A stretch of DNA of 40,482 nt from Candidatus Methylomirabilia bacterium. Lineage in GTDB: Bacteria > Methylomirabilota > Methylomirabilia > Rokubacteriales > CSP1-6. Where the stretch lies: contig JBGPXN010000024.1 of the NCBI GenBank assembly GCA_041492755.1, forward strand, positions 1-40,482, read 5' to 3'. Shown here piece by piece: positions 16,643 through 27,393 of this stretch. Made by a program: the position numbers and the translations under genes. How positions within the stretch are numbered: the stretch's first letter is position 1; every line of letters starts with the position of its first letter. The notes under the pieces are model-generated. The model was not told the DNA's origin. It saw nothing but the letters and a program-made list of their open reading frames with translations, and did no database searches.

Positions 16643-17494
16643 TCAGCCGCGTGCGGCGAGGGCGGCCATCGCCTGGAGAGCGTCCCAGGTGGCCGCGGGC
16701 ACGAGCGGCGTGCCCGGCTGAGCGCTGCGCCCGTTGCGCGGCCCGTGGTAATCGGAGCCGCCGGTGGCCACGAGCCCGTGCGCGCCGCAGAGACCGAGAT
16801 ACGCGGAGGTCTGCGCCGACGAGTGCTCGGCGTAGTACGTCTCGATCCCCATGAGCCCGGCGTCGATGAGGGGCGGGATCACGCGGTCGTCGCCGATGAG
16901 CCCGGGATGCGCGAGCACGGGCACGCCGCGCGCACGGCGAATGACGGCGACGGCATCCGCCGGCGGAAGATCGAAGCGCGGCGCCCGCACCGAGCCGCCG
17001 GCGCCGAGATAACGGTCGAAGGCCTCGCCCACCGTGCGAACGTAGCCGCGGTCCACCATCGCCCGCGCCACGTGCGGCCGGCCGGCCGCGCCGTCACCGG
17101 CGAGCGCGAACACCTCGCTCGCCGGCACCGGCATCCCGAGCGCGGCCAGGCGCTCGCACATGGCCTCCACCCGCTGCACGCGCTCACGACGCCGGTCGGT
17201 CAGGAACTGCTGGAAGGCCGCGTCGGTCACGTCGACGAAGTAGCCGAGGAGGTGCACCTCGGCGCGCCGGCCGTTGGCGCGCTCGATGTCGCAGTTGATC
17301 TCCACCCCGGGCACGAGCGTGATGCCGTGGCGCGCCGCTTCCTCCCCCGCCTCGGCCAGGCCTTCCGTGGAGTCGTGATCGGTGATGGCGAGGACGCCGA
17401 CGCCGTGCTCGGCCGCTTTCCGGACGAGCGCGCGCGGCGCCAGCGTGCCGTCGGACGCGGTGGTGTGGGTGTGGAAGTCGAGGCGCAGCGCCAC
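16643..17494 (-). CDS. PHP-domain phosphoesterase (YciV/TrpH-like)
   Basis: DFHTHTTASDG, AITDHD, GVEIN, GRPHVA, AHP, GGSDYHG. Confidence 0.93.
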   Translation of the reverse strand: MALRLDFHTHTTASDGTLAPRALVRKAAEHGVGVLAITDHDSTEGLAEAGEEAARHGITLVPGVEINCDIERANGRRAEVHLLGYFVDVTDAAFQQFLTDRRRERVQRVEAMCERLAALGMPVPASEVFALAGDGAAGRPHVARAMVDRGYVRTVGEAFDRYLGAGGSVRAPRFDLPPADAVAVIRRARGVPVLAHPGLIGDDRVIPPLIDAGLMGIETYYAEHSSAQTSAYLGLCGAHGLVATGGSDYHGPRNGRSAQPGTPLVPAATWDALQAMAALAARG

Positions 17495-17495
17495 G

Positions 17496-19013
17496 TCAGC
17501 CGCGGCCGCCGGTCGTGAGGTAGGTCAGCAGGGTGCGCACGAGGACGCCGGTCCCGCCCTTGGAGACGAGCGGCGTGTCGCGCTCGGCGAACGCGGGCCC
17601 CGCGATGTCGAGATGCGCCCAGGGCGTCTCGCCCGCGAAGTCGCGCAAGAAGAGCCCGGCGTTGATCGCGCCGCCGCCGCGCGGCCCGACGTTGTTGATG
17701 TCGGCCACGTCGCTCTTCAGTCCATCGCGGTACTCGTCGATGAGCGGCAGCTGCCAGACCCGCTCCCCGGCGCGCCCGGCCGCGGTGAGCAGCCGGTTGG
17801 CGAGCGCTTGGTCATTGGCCATCAACCCCGAGCACAACGGGCCCAGGGCGATGACGCAGGCCCCGGTGAGCGTCGCCAGGTCGATGACTTCGTCCGGCTC
17901 GACGTGCTTGTTCGCGTAGCACAGCGCATCGGCCAGCGTGAGGCGCCCCTCGGCGTCGGTGTTGCCGATCTCGATGGTGGTGCCGTTCATCGCCTTGAGG
18001 ACGTCGCCGGGGCGGACGGCCGAGCCCGACGGCATGTTCTCGGTGGCGGCGACGAGGCCGTGCACTTCGACGGCGGGAGCCAGGTCGGCGAGCGCGCGCA
18101 TGATGCCGAGCACGGCGGCCGCGCCCGACATGTCGTTCTTCATGCGCAGCATGCCCTCGGCCGACTTGAGGTCGAGCCCCCCGGCGTCGAAGGTCACGCC
18201 CTTGCCGATGATGGCCACGCGCTTGCGCGCCTTCCCCCGCGGCTTGTACGTCAAGTGGATGAACTTGGGCGGCTGCGCGCTGCCGGCGGCGACGCCCAGG
18301 AACGCGCCCATCCCCATGCGCTTGCACTCCGCCCGGTCGTAGACCTTCACCTCGAGACTCTTCTCGCGCGCGACGTCGCCGGCCACGGCCGCCAGGTGCG
18401 TCGGATGCACGTCGTTGGCGGGACCGTTGATCAAATCGCGCGCGAAGCAGGTGGCGCTCGCGAACGCCTCGCCGGTGCGGGCGCCTTCCTCCACCGCTCC
18501 CGCGCTGCGGGCGTCGGGCGCGAGCACCATGAGATCGGTGACCGCCTTCTCGCTCTTCTCCTTCTTGTACCGGTCGAAGACGTAGGTGCCGAGGATCGCG
18601 CCTTCCACCACGGCGTGCGCGCGATCGCGCGGCGGCAGCCGGTCGGCGAGCAGCCCGATGGCGAGGCGACGGGCGCCGAGGTCGCGGGCGCGCCGCACCC
18701 CGACGGCCGCGGCGCGACGGACGGTGTCGATGGTGACGTCCGGGCGGGGCCCGAGACCCGCGATCACCACCACGCCGGCCGGGCCCGGTGACGGCTTTCC
18801 ACCGTTCGGTCCGACCGTGAGGTGGATGTGGGTGACGGATTCCGGCTTGCCGGAGAATTTCTCGGCGGCGAGGATGGCCGCGATCCGCCCGCCGAGGTGG
18901 CGATCGAGCGCGCGCAACGGTGGCGGCAGCGTCTTCTCGCCGGCGTAGACGCCGAGGACGAGGGCATCGGCGCGAGTCTCGAGGACCGACGTGGTCGCGA
19001 CGGTGACGTTCAC
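17496..19013 (-). CDS. pepA: Leucyl aminopeptidase (M17)
   Basis: GKGVTFDAGG, MKNDMSGAA, NTDAEGRL, DLATLTGA, HLDIAG; GTG start overlaps the NUDIX stop. Confidence 0.95.
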   Translation of the reverse strand: MNVTVATTSVLETRADALVLGVYAGEKTLPPPLRALDRHLGGRIAAILAAEKFSGKPESVTHIHLTVGPNGGKPSPGPAGVVVIAGLGPRPDVTIDTVRRAAAVGVRRARDLGARRLAIGLLADRLPPRDRAHAVVEGAILGTYVFDRYKKEKSEKAVTDLMVLAPDARSAGAVEEGARTGEAFASATCFARDLINGPANDVHPTHLAAVAGDVAREKSLEVKVYDRAECKRMGMGAFLGVAAGSAQPPKFIHLTYKPRGKARKRVAIIGKGVTFDAGGLDLKSAEGMLRMKNDMSGAAAVLGIMRALADLAPAVEVHGLVAATENMPSGSAVRPGDVLKAMNGTTIEIGNTDAEGRLTLADALCYANKHVEPDEVIDLATLTGACVIALGPLCSGLMANDQALANRLLTAAGRAGERVWQLPLIDEYRDGLKSDVADINNVGPRGGGAINAGLFLRDFAGETPWAHLDIAGPAFAERDTPLVSKGGTGVLVRTLLTYLTTGGRG

Positions 19014-19453
19014 GGCAGGCGTCCCTCGGTGAGTGCCACAGCGCGCCGGATCATGTCGATCAGTCCCTCCGTGGTGTCGAGCTTCTCGACGTCGTTGATA
19101 TGAACCCATTGCGCCTCCGCAGCGTCACTCCCCGCGGTCAGCGTGCCGGATTCGGGAAAGGCCACGTAGTCCACCAGCACCCAATGGTAACGGACCTGTC
19201 CGTCGGGATCGCGGGTCACGCGATCGAGCACGCCGGCCAGACCGCCCAGCCGCACGCGCAGCCCGCACTCCTCCTCGATCTCCCGGACCACGGCCTCCGC
19301 GGTCGTCTCTCCCAGCTCGACCATGCCGCCGGGAATGCTCCACCTGCCGGCCACCGGCGGCTTGCCACGCCTGACCAGCAACACGTGCCCGTCGTGGAGA
19401 ACGACCCCGCCCACGCCGACGCGGGGGCAGTCGGGATACTCGCGGCTAGCCAC
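19010..19453 (-). CDS. NUDIX hydrolase
   Basis: Nudix box GGMVELGETTAEAVVREIEEECG. Confidence 0.93.
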   Translation of the reverse strand: MASREYPDCPRVGVGGVVLHDGHVLLVRRGKPPVAGRWSIPGGMVELGETTAEAVVREIEEECGLRVRLGGLAGVLDRVTRDPDGQVRYHWVLVDYVAFPESGTLTAGSDAAEAQWVHINDVEKLDTTEGLIDMIRRAVALTEGRLP

Positions 19454-20261
19454 CGGCGACGGTCACGGCACCGGCGAGGAACTGCTCCGTCCCGTACTTG
19501 TCGCGGGCGAGGCGGTCGACGGTCGCGGTCTCTTCGTCGCTGAGTCCACCCGGGACCAGCGTGAGGCCATGCTCCGCTTCGAACGCCGCCGCGAGCGCGG
19601 TCGCGACTTCCTCGAAGGCCGGCCGGCGGCCGAGCGCCGCCTCCAGCGTCGTCATGGTGGCCAGCGGATCGGCGGTGGTCGGGAAGACCCGGCGCAGCCG
19701 CGGCGCGTCGACGCCGAGCATGACGGCGCCGTGCTGCAGGAAGCACGCACCCTGCCGTCGCTGCGCGCTGCCGACGACCTTGCGGCCGCCGATCTCGAGC
19801 TCGTACCGGCCGGTGCGCGCGAAGCAGAACGCCGGCGCCGGTCCACCCGTCTCGGGAACGGCGATCATCTCCACCGGCGCGCCCAGCGTTTGCAGGCCCC
19901 GGAGAAGCGCGGCGCCGATCCAGCGGTACGTCTCGAGCAGATCCGCGGCGACGCCGAGATCGGCGACCGCGGCGACGACGCTGTACGTCAGCTCGCGCTC
20001 GCGTCCGTCGTGGTAGATCGCGCTGCCACCGGTCGGCCGCCGCACGAGCCCCACCCCGAGCGCGCGGCAGGCCGCGACGTCGACGGCGTCGTCCAGCGGC
20101 TGGCCATAGCCGAGCGACACCGTCGGCGGGTCCCACGCGAAGAAGCGCAACGTCGGTGGCGATGCGCCCGACTGGCGCCCGCGCCACAGCGCCTCGTCGA
20201 TCGCCATGTTGGTGGCGCCGTCAGTGGGCTCGGTCATCAGCAACCGCCAGGCCGGCGTCAC
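19446..20261 (-). CDS. Lipoate-protein ligase / octanoyltransferase family (LplA/LipM-like)
   Basis: NMAIDEAL, LRFFAW, SLGYGQ, VRRPTGG, KVVGSAQ, LQHG; downstream of the gcv genes; likely GTG start at 20261. Confidence 0.9.
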   Translation of the reverse strand: MTPAWRLLMTEPTDGATNMAIDEALWRGRQSGASPPTLRFFAWDPPTVSLGYGQPLDDAVDVAACRALGVGLVRRPTGGSAIYHDGRERELTYSVVAAVADLGVAADLLETYRWIGAALLRGLQTLGAPVEMIAVPETGGPAPAFCFARTGRYELEIGGRKVVGSAQRRQGACFLQHGAVMLGVDAPRLRRVFPTTADPLATMTTLEAALGRRPAFEEVATALAAAFEAEHGLTLVPGGLSDEETATVDRLARDKYGTEQFLAGAVTVAGG

Positions 20262-20293
20262 GGCACGACCTGGCCCTTGCTCGTGATGCGCAT
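20258..20293 (-). pseudogene. 11-codon relic of an AbrB/MazE/SpoVT-type gene start (MRITSKGQVVP)
   Basis: ATG CGC ATC ACG AGC AAG GGC CAG GTC GTG CCG TGA resembles the ITSKGQVxIP motif; its TGA overlaps the ligase GTG. Confidence 0.55.
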
Positions 20294-20312
20294 GCTCCAT
20301 CCCCGGGGACCG

Positions 20313-21767
20313 CTACGATTTCGGCTTCCACCTCAGATCGGGCTCGCGGGCCGCCTTCGTCTGGTCGAGCCGGCGCACCGACGTCGTCACCGGCGCCTCG
20401 TGGATCACCCTCGGGTTCGACTCCGCCTCGCGCGCGATCTGGATCATGGCGTCGCAGAAGGCGTCGAGCGTTTCCTTCGATTCGGTCTCCGTCGGCTCGA
20501 TCATCAGCGCCTCCTCTACGATGAGCGGGAAGTACGTGGAGGGCGCGTAGAAGCCCAGGTCGAGCAACCGCTTGGCGACGTCCATCGCGGTCACGCCGAG
20601 CTTCTTCTGGCGACGGGCGGACAGCACGCACTCGTGCATGCACGGACCGGGCGCGGCCACGTCGTAGTCCGTCTGCAGGCGCGCCATGACGTAGTTGGCG
20701 TTGAGGACCGCGTTCTCGGACACGGCGCGCAGCCCGTCGGCGCCCATGGTCCGGATGTAAGTGTACGCGCGCACGAGCATCCCCATGTTGCCCCAGAACG
20801 CCTGAAGCTTGCCGATCGACTTCGGACGCTTCCAGTCGAGCGTGTAGCGCTCGCCCGTCTTCGCGACGACCGGCAGCGGCAGATAGGGCTCGAGGTGTGC
20901 CTTCACGCCCACCGGCCCGGCCCCGGGGCCGCCGCCGCCATGCGGGGTGGTGAAGGTCTTGTGCAGGTTGAAGTGGCAGACGTCGAAGCCGAGATCGCCG
21001 GGCCGGGTGATGCCGAGGATGGCGTTGAGGTTCGCGCCGTCCATGTAGACCTGCACGCCCTTGGCGTGGCACATCTCGGTGATCTCGACGATGCGCGCCT
21101 CGAAGTTGCCGAGCGTGTTCGGCACCGTGATCATCAGCGCGGCCACGTCGGTGTCGAGATTCCGCTCGAGGTCGGTCAGATCGACCTCGCCGTTGGCGTC
21201 GGACTTGAGCTGCACGACCTCGTAGCCGGCGATGGCGGTGGACGCGGGGTTGGTGCCGTGGGCCGAGTCCGGGATCAGCACCTTCGTGCGCCTCTCACCA
21301 TTGGCCCGATGGAAGGCGCGGATCATGAGAATGCCGGACAGCTCGCCCTGAGCGCCGGCCGCGGGCTGGAGCGAGACGGCGTCCATGCCCGCGATCTCGG
21401 CCAGCTCGCTCGCGAGGTCGTGCATGAGCCCGAGGGCGCCCTGGGACAGCGCTTCCGGCGCCAGCGGATGCAACCGCCCGAAGCCGGGCAGCCGCGCCAT
21501 GTCCTCGTTGATCCTCGGGTTGTACTTCATCGTGCACGAGCCGAGCGGATAGAAGTGCGTGTCCAACCCGTAATTGAGCTGGCTCAGGCGCGAGTAGTGG
21601 CGGACGACGTCGAACTCCGAGACTTCGGGCAGCTCCGGCGCCGCCTCGCGCAGATAGGGGGCGGGGATCGCGGCGCGCGCCGGTTCCACCGGGACGTCGG
21701 ACTCCGGCAGCGAATACGCGATGCGGCCCGGCGACGTGAGCTCGTGGATCAGCTTGTCGTAGGCCAT
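20313..21767 (-). CDS. gcvPB: Glycine dehydrogenase subunit 2
   Basis: [44 protein letters not shown]. Confidence 0.96.
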   Translation of the reverse strand: MAYDKLIHELTSPGRIAYSLPESDVPVEPARAAIPAPYLREAAPELPEVSEFDVVRHYSRLSQLNYGLDTHFYPLGSCTMKYNPRINEDMARLPGFGRLHPLAPEALSQGALGLMHDLASELAEIAGMDAVSLQPAAGAQGELSGILMIRAFHRANGERRTKVLIPDSAHGTNPASTAIAGYEVVQLKSDANGEVDLTDLERNLDTDVAALMITVPNTLGNFEARIVEITEMCHAKGVQVYMDGANLNAILGITRPGDLGFDVCHFNLHKTFTTPHGGGGPGAGPVGVKAHLEPYLPLPVVAKTGERYTLDWKRPKSIGKLQAFWGNMGMLVRAYTYIRTMGADGLRAVSENAVLNANYVMARLQTDYDVAAPGPCMHECVLSARRQKKLGVTAMDVAKRLLDLGFYAPSTYFPLIVEEALMIEPTETESKETLDAFCDAMIQIAREAESNPRVIHEAPVTTSVRRLDQTKAAREPDLRWKPKS

Positions 21768-23107
21768 CACGCCACCGCCTTCGCGAGCTCGTCGGCGAAC
21801 GCGTCGATCTCCTCGCGGGTACGCTTCTCGGTCACCGCCACCAGCAGGCAGTCGGCGAGGTTCCGGTCGAAGGTCTTGAGCGGCACCCCCGCGAGGATGC
21901 GCGAGCGCGCCAGACGCGCCACCATCCGGTCGGGCGGCTTCGGCAGGCGCAGGGTGAACTCCTTGAAGAACGGCTGCGGGAACCGGACGCTCACCCCGGG
22001 GACCGCGCCCAACCGCTCGGCGGCATAGTGCGCCTTGGCCATCGCGAGCTCGCCCGCGCGCGCCAGCCCCTGTTTGCCGAGAATCGAGAGATAGACCGTC
22101 GCCATGAGCGCGCACAGCGCGACGTTCGTGCAGATGTTGGAGGTCGCCCTGGCGCGACGGATGTGCTGCTCGCGCGTCTGGAGCGTCAGGACGAAGCCGC
22201 GCTTGCCGTCCACGTCGACGGTGGCGCCGACGAGCCGGCCCGGCATGCGCCGCACGAACTCCTGCTTGGCCGCGAACACGCCGAGGTAGGGACCGCCGTA
22301 CGACAGCGGCACGCCGAGCCCCTGCCCTTCGCCGACGACGACGTCGGCGCCGAGCGCGCCCGGAGCTTCGAGCACCCCGAGGTTGAAGGGATCGGCCACG
22401 ACCACGAGCAGGGCGCCGACGTGGTGCGCGATCTCCGCCGCGGCCCGCACGTCTTCCAGGCAGCCGTAGAAGTTCGGCGACTGAACGACGAGCGCGGCGG
22501 TCTTGTCCGAGCAGAGCTTGCGCGCGGCGTCGGCGTCGAGCACGCCCTCCGGCGCCGGCAGATCGCGAAGCTTCGTGCCGGGGGGACAGTAGGTCGCGAC
22601 CACGCGCCGGTAGAGCGGGTTCACCCCGCCCGCGAGGACGACTTCGGAGCGCTCGGTGACCGCCTGCGCCATGAGCGCCGCCTCGGCCAGCGAGGACGCG
22701 CCGTCCCAGATCGAGGCGTTGGCGACGTCCATACCGGTCAGCTCCGCGATCATCGACTGATACTCGTAGATCGTCCGGAGCGTGCCCTGACTCGCCTCCG
22801 GCTGGTACGGCGTGTAGGCGGTGAAGAACTCGCCGCGGGAGATCAGATGGTTGATCGGGCTCGGCACGTAGTGGTCGTAGGCGCCGCCCCCGAGGAAGCA
22901 CACCCAGCCGTCGGCGTCGGCATTCTCGGCGGCGCGCGCCCGCAGATGCCGCACGAGATCGCTCTCGGCCAGCGCGGGCGGGAGCTGGAGCGGGCGGGCG
23001 AGCCGGGCCTTGGCCGGGATCTTGACGAGGAGGTCCTCGATCGAGGCGGCGCCGATCGTGTCCAGCATGGCGCGCTGGTTCTGCCGGGTGTTGGGGAGGT
23101 ACCGCAT
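21767..23107 (-). CDS. gcvPA: Glycine dehydrogenase subunit 1
   Basis: MRYLP start; [28 protein letters not shown]. Confidence 0.96.
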   Translation of the reverse strand: MRYLPNTRQNQRAMLDTIGAASIEDLLVKIPAKARLARPLQLPPALAESDLVRHLRARAAENADADGWVCFLGGGAYDHYVPSPINHLISRGEFFTAYTPYQPEASQGTLRTIYEYQSMIAELTGMDVANASIWDGASSLAEAALMAQAVTERSEVVLAGGVNPLYRRVVATYCPPGTKLRDLPAPEGVLDADAARKLCSDKTAALVVQSPNFYGCLEDVRAAAEIAHHVGALLVVVADPFNLGVLEAPGALGADVVVGEGQGLGVPLSYGGPYLGVFAAKQEFVRRMPGRLVGATVDVDGKRGFVLTLQTREQHIRRARATSNICTNVALCALMATVYLSILGKQGLARAGELAMAKAHYAAERLGAVPGVSVRFPQPFFKEFTLRLPKPPDRMVARLARSRILAGVPLKTFDRNLADCLLVAVTEKRTREEIDAFADELAKAVA

Positions 23108-23499
23108 CAGTGCCCGCCCTCGCTGATGAACTGCGCGTACTGCGAGGGGCTCAGCAGCTCCTTCCACTCCTCCGGCTTCGCGGGTCGGATCACCAGCAGA
23201 AAGCCCTTCCCGTACGGATCCTGGTTCACGACCTCCGGCGTCTTGGCGAGCGTCGCGTTGACCTCCACGACCTCGCCCGACATCGGGGCGAAGAGATCGG
23301 ACACGGCCTTCACCGACTCCACCACCCCGAACGCCTTCATCGAAGTCAGCTTCGCGCCGACCTTCGGCAGCTCGACGAAGACGACGTCACCGAGCTGTTC
23401 CTGCGCGAACGCGGTGATGCCGATCCGCACGAGGTCCGTTTCCATCTTGGCCCACTCGTGTTCCTTCGTGTACCTGAGCTCTGCGGGGATGTTCGCCAT
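23107..23499 (-). CDS. gcvH: Glycine cleavage H protein
   Basis: [17 protein letters not shown], lipoyl site ESVKA, VNQDPYG. Confidence 0.97.
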   Translation of the reverse strand: MANIPAELRYTKEHEWAKMETDLVRIGITAFAQEQLGDVVFVELPKVGAKLTSMKAFGVVESVKAVSDLFAPMSGEVVEVNATLAKTPEVVNQDPYGKGFLLVIRPAKPEEWKELLSPSQYAQFISEGGH

Positions 23500-23547
23500 C
23501 GTCTCCTCAGCGGTGGGAGTGTGCGGCCGGCGGCGCGACGGACGCCG

Positions 23548-24660
23548 TCACTTCTTGACCCGCGACGGATGGAACGGCGTACGGACGACCGCAGCCGGCC
23601 GGGCCTGCCCGCGGATGTTCACGGCCAATTCCGTGCCCACGGCCGCGTGGGCGGTCTCCACGTAGGCGAGCGCGATCGCCTTCTCGACCGAAGGGCCGAA
23701 CGACCCGGACGTGACCACGCCGATCGGCCGCCCGTCCTTCACGACCGTGTAGCCGTGGCGGGCCGGCGCCCGGTCCACCATCTCGATGCCGACCAGCCGC
23801 CGGCGCAGCCCCTCGGCACGGACCCGCTCGATGGCGCCCCGGCCCACGAACTCGCCCTTGGCCGGCTTCACCACCCAGCCGAGGCCCGCCTCCAGCGGAT
23901 TGGTCGTCTCGTCGACGTCGTGTCCATAAAGGACGTAGCGCATCTCGAGTCGGAGGGTATCCCGGGCCCCGAGCCCGATGGGCATGGCGCCATCCGCCGC
24001 GCCCGCTTCGAGCAGGGCGGCCCACACCCGCCCGGCATCCTCGGCGGCGACGTAGAGCTCGAACCCGTCTTCGCCCGTGTACCCCGTCCGCGACAGCAGC
24101 GCCCGGACGCCGGCGACCTTGCCCTCGGCGAACCGGTAGTAGCGGATCGCGGTCACGTCACGGTCGGCCAAGCGGCCGACCAGGGCCTCGGCCTTCGGGC
24201 CCTGAACGGCGATCAGCCCGGTCTCGGCGGAGACGTTTCGCCACCGCGCCCCCGCCGCGTCGACTCCGGCGTCGCGGGTCACCCACGCCCAGTCCTTGTC
24301 GATGTTGCCCGCGTTGACCGTCAGCATGAAGCGCTCGGGTCCGAGACGGTAGACGGTCAGGTCGTCCACGAGGCCGCCGGCGGGGTAGCAGAACAGCGAG
24401 TACTGGACCTGGCCGATCTCGAGGGTGCTGACGTCGTTGCTGGTGAGGCGCTGCAGCGCCGGCACCGCGCCGGCGCCCTCGATCTCGAACTCGCCCATGT
24501 GGCTCACGTCGAAGAGCCCGACGGCCGAGCGGACGGCGCGGTGCTCCTCGATGATGCCCCGGTACTGCACGGGCATGTCCCAGCCGCCGAAGGGGACCAT
24601 GCGCGCGCCCGCTTTGACGTGGGCATCGTGCAATGGCGTGCGCTTCAGGGGTGCGTCCAT
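23548..24660 (-). CDS. gcvT: Glycine cleavage aminomethyltransferase
   Basis: FGGWDMPVQY, FDVSHMG, SRTGYTGEDGFE, GLGARDTLRLE. Confidence 0.97.
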   Translation of the reverse strand: MDAPLKRTPLHDAHVKAGARMVPFGGWDMPVQYRGIIEEHRAVRSAVGLFDVSHMGEFEIEGAGAVPALQRLTSNDVSTLEIGQVQYSLFCYPAGGLVDDLTVYRLGPERFMLTVNAGNIDKDWAWVTRDAGVDAAGARWRNVSAETGLIAVQGPKAEALVGRLADRDVTAIRYYRFAEGKVAGVRALLSRTGYTGEDGFELYVAAEDAGRVWAALLEAGAADGAMPIGLGARDTLRLEMRYVLYGHDVDETTNPLEAGLGWVVKPAKGEFVGRGAIERVRAEGLRRRLVGIEMVDRAPARHGYTVVKDGRPIGVVTSGSFGPSVEKAIALAYVETAHAAVGTELAVNIRGQARPAAVVRTPFHPSRVKK

Positions 24661-24793
24661 TTCGAAGGCGACTCAGTAGACCACCGCGCGCCGGCAGGGG
24701 TCAAGAGCCAGAGCCCGGCACACCGACTACGGCGGGCATGGTGAAGTATACGCAAGGCAGTGAGCGAATAGCCCTCGCGAGGCGCGCGTTAGC

Positions 24794-25204
24794 TCAGCGG
24801 ACGGAGTAGCCCTTTCCCGACATGCACGCCGCGTAGGCGCGGTTGTAGGCGTCGGTGTTCCTGTTGTACTGGCTGACGCCGCCGATCGTGCCGCCGGTGA
24901 CGCCGCCCGCCGCCGCGCCGATGGTGGCACCCCGTCCGGCGTTGCCGGTGGCGGCGCCGATCGCCGCTCCACCCGCCGCGCCAATGAGACCGCCGACGAT
25001 CGCGCCGACGCCCACGCCCTGGGCGGTGTCGGCGGCCTGGCTGCCGGCGTGCTGCTGCGCGTAGATCTGGCAGTCGTAGCCGTCACGCGCCTGCTGGTCG
25101 ACGACCTGCCCGCGCGCGGGATAGGCCGCGACGGGTGGACGGTACTGCTGGGTACAGCCGGCCAGCAGCCCGATCGACAACACGAACGCGATCCCGCGCT
25201 TCAT
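24794..25204 (-). CDS. Glycine-zipper lipoprotein
   Basis: MKRGIAFVLSIGLLAG-C lipobox after an AAGGAGGAG RBS; GAAGGAAIGAA glycine zipper; YAACMSGKGY tail. Confidence 0.88.
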   Translation of the reverse strand: MKRGIAFVLSIGLLAGCTQQYRPPVAAYPARGQVVDQQARDGYDCQIYAQQHAGSQAADTAQGVGVGAIVGGLIGAAGGAAIGAATGNAGRGATIGAAAGGVTGGTIGGVSQYNRNTDAYNRAYAACMSGKGYSVR

Positions 25205-25266
25205 CCGCTCCTCCTTGGTCGGGGTTGCCCTACACGCAACGCTCGAGCCCGGCGCGACGGAAGCCG

Positions 25267-26055
25267 TCACGCCGCGGGCAGCCAGTCGCGCAGCGGCTTG
25301 ACCTGGCCGCCGGCCTTTTCGAGTCCTTCGCGGACCGCGCGCACGATGTTCTGCGAGCCCGGCGTGTCCCCGTGGCAGCAGATCGTCTGCACGGAGATAT
25401 CGATCTCGACGCCGTCCAGCGTCCGCACCTTGCCCTCCATCGCCATCTTCACGGCCTGGGCCGCCGCCTGCTTGGGATCGGTGATGAGGGAGCCGGCGAT
25501 CTTGCGGGACACGAGCGAGCCGTCGACGTTGTAGGCGCGATCGGCGAAGCCCTCGGAGGCCACGCGCGTGCCCATCTTGCGGCAGGTGGCGTCGAAGCGG
25601 CCGGAGGCGGCGGTCATCAAGATCAGCTGCGTCTTGCCGGATTCCATGACGGCTTCGCCGGCCGCCGCCGCCAGCGCGTCGTCCTTTTCCATCATGTTGT
25701 AGAGGATGCCGTGGGGCTTGACGTGCTGGAGGTCGGCGCCGGCCACCCGGACGAACTCGCGCAGCGCGCCCGTCTGGTAGCAGATGTAGTCCTTCACTTC
25801 CTTGGGCGACACGTCCATGACACGGCGGCCGAAGCCCATGAGATCCGGCAGCCCCGGGTGGGCGCCGATGGCCACGCGATGCTTCAGGGCCAGGTCGACG
25901 GTGGCGCGCATCACGTGGGGATCGGCGGCGTGGTAACCGCACGCGACGTTGGCGGACGTGATGAACGGCATGATCTCGGCGTCGGCGCCGAGCGTCCAGC
26001 GGCCGTAGCTCTCGCCCATGTCGCAGTTCAGATCGACGTATTTCGTGGTGGCCAT
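25267..26055 (-). CDS. pxpA: 5-oxoprolinase subunit A (LamB/YcsF)
   Basis: DLNCDMGES, SANVACGYHA, GAHP, HVKPHG, FADRAY, CHGDTPG. Confidence 0.94.
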   Translation of the reverse strand: MATTKYVDLNCDMGESYGRWTLGADAEIMPFITSANVACGYHAADPHVMRATVDLALKHRVAIGAHPGLPDLMGFGRRVMDVSPKEVKDYICYQTGALREFVRVAGADLQHVKPHGILYNMMEKDDALAAAAGEAVMESGKTQLILMTAASGRFDATCRKMGTRVASEGFADRAYNVDGSLVSRKIAGSLITDPKQAAAQAVKMAMEGKVRTLDGVEIDISVQTICCHGDTPGSQNIVRAVREGLEKAGGQVKPLRDWLPAA

Positions 26056-26067
26056 GGCGGCGCTCCT

Positions 26068-27393
26068 TTACTCGCGCGACATCACGCGCGCGAGCGCGTT
26101 GACGAAACGGTCCACGTCCTCATCGGCCATCGCGAGCGAGCAGGCGCCCAGGCCCCGCTGGGTGAGGAGGATGCCTTCGTTGACGAGGGCCACGAACACG
26201 CGCAGCGGCATGTCGGGGTCCTTCGGCCGGCTCGACCGGTAGTCGGTGAGCGCGCCCGTCGCCCAGTGCAGGCAGAACAGCGAGCCGATCCCGGTGACCT
26301 GCCCCTTGCGCCGGGTGGCGTGGAGCAGCCGGGACACGCCGCCGCGCAGCCGCTCGCCAAGCGCGTCGAGCCGTGCGTAGGCTTCGGGCGTGAGCGCATT
26401 CATCGTCGCGACGCCCGCGGCCATCGTCACCGGATTCGCGTTGAACGTGCCGCCGTGGCTGATGCGGGCGCCGCCGCGGCGCGGATCGTAGAAGTCCATG
26501 ATGTCGCGGCGCCCACCGAAGGCGCCGACGGGCAGGCCGCCGCCGATGATCTTGCCGAGCGTCGTGAGGTCGGGCCGGATGCCGAACCGCTCCTGGGCGC
26601 CGCCCCACGCGATCCGGAACGAGATCACCTCGTCGAAGATCAGCACGATCCCGTGCCGCTCGGTGACCGCGCGCAGGCGCTCCAGAAATCCCTCTGCCGG
26701 CGGCAGGATGCCGCCGATGCCGAGCAGCGGATCGACGATGACCGCGGCCAGGTTGGCGGCTTCCTTGCCGATGATCTCTTCACACGCGTCGGGGTCGTTC
26801 CAGGGCAGGACGACGACGTGACGCACCGTCGCCGGCGGGATGCCGGCCGACATCGCGATGGGCTTGGGGCGCCGGCGATTGCCGGCGGCTTTCGGATCGG
26901 GCGCGACGCTCACCATCACCCCGTCGTGCGTGCCGTGATACGCGCCCTCGAACTTCGCGATCTTCGGTCGGTCGGTGAACGCCCGGGCCAGGCGCACCGC
27001 GTTCATGGTGGCTTCCGTCCCCGAGTTCGTGAACCGGAGGCTCTCCATCGACGCCAGTCGGCGGGTCAGGATCTCCGCGAGCCGCACCTCGTGCTCGGTG
27101 GGGCCGGGGAACGACATGCCCAGCGCCGCCGCCTCTTGCGCGGCCTTGACGACGTCGGGCGGCGCGTGGCCGAGGATCAGCGAGGTGTAGTTGCCGTTGA
27201 AGTCCAACCGGTCCACCTCGTCCGCGTCCCAGATGTGCGCGCCCTGACCGCGCTGGACGTAGAAGGGATACGGATCGAAGAAGGTGGTGGTCCGGCTGTT
27301 GCCGCCCGGCATGACGCTGAGCGCTTCCTCGTGGAGCGCGCGCGATCGGGGGGACTTCGCCAGGTATTCGTTGAGCTCGCGTTCGATCGTCAT
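26068..27393 (-). CDS. Class III PLP aminotransferase (glutamate-1-semialdehyde aminomutase-like)
   Basis: MPGGNSR, FTNSGTEA, YHG, IFDEV, LGKIIGGGLPVG, GTFNANP; ATG overlaps the pxpC stop. Confidence 0.9.
   Translation of the reverse strand: MTIERELNEYLAKSPRSRALHEEALSVMPGGNSRTTTFFDPYPFYVQRGQGAHIWDADEVDRLDFNGNYTSLILGHAPPDVVKAAQEAAALGMSFPGPTEHEVRLAEILTRRLASMESLRFTNSGTEATMNAVRLARAFTDRPKIAKFEGAYHGTHDGVMVSVAPDPKAAGNRRRPKPIAMSAGIPPATVRHVVVLPWNDPDACEEIIGKEAANLAAVIVDPLLGIGGILPPAEGFLERLRAVTERHGIVLIFDEVISFRIAWGGAQERFGIRPDLTTLGKIIGGGLPVGAFGGRRDIMDFYDPRRGGARISHGGTFNANPVTMAAGVATMNALTPEAYARLDALGERLRGGVSRLLHATRRKGQVTGIGSLFCLHWATGALTDYRSSRPKDPDMPLRVFVALVNEGILLTQRGLGACSLAMADEDVDRFVNALARVMSRE

Noticed and set aside
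24661..24793. Glycine riboswitch upstream of gcvT
   Set aside because: The 133-bp gap shows no recognisable aptamer motifs.
26068..27393. Naming the aminotransferase hemL
   Set aside because: There is no tetrapyrrole gene context and its MPGGNSR start differs from canonical PGGVNSPVR, so no symbol was assigned.
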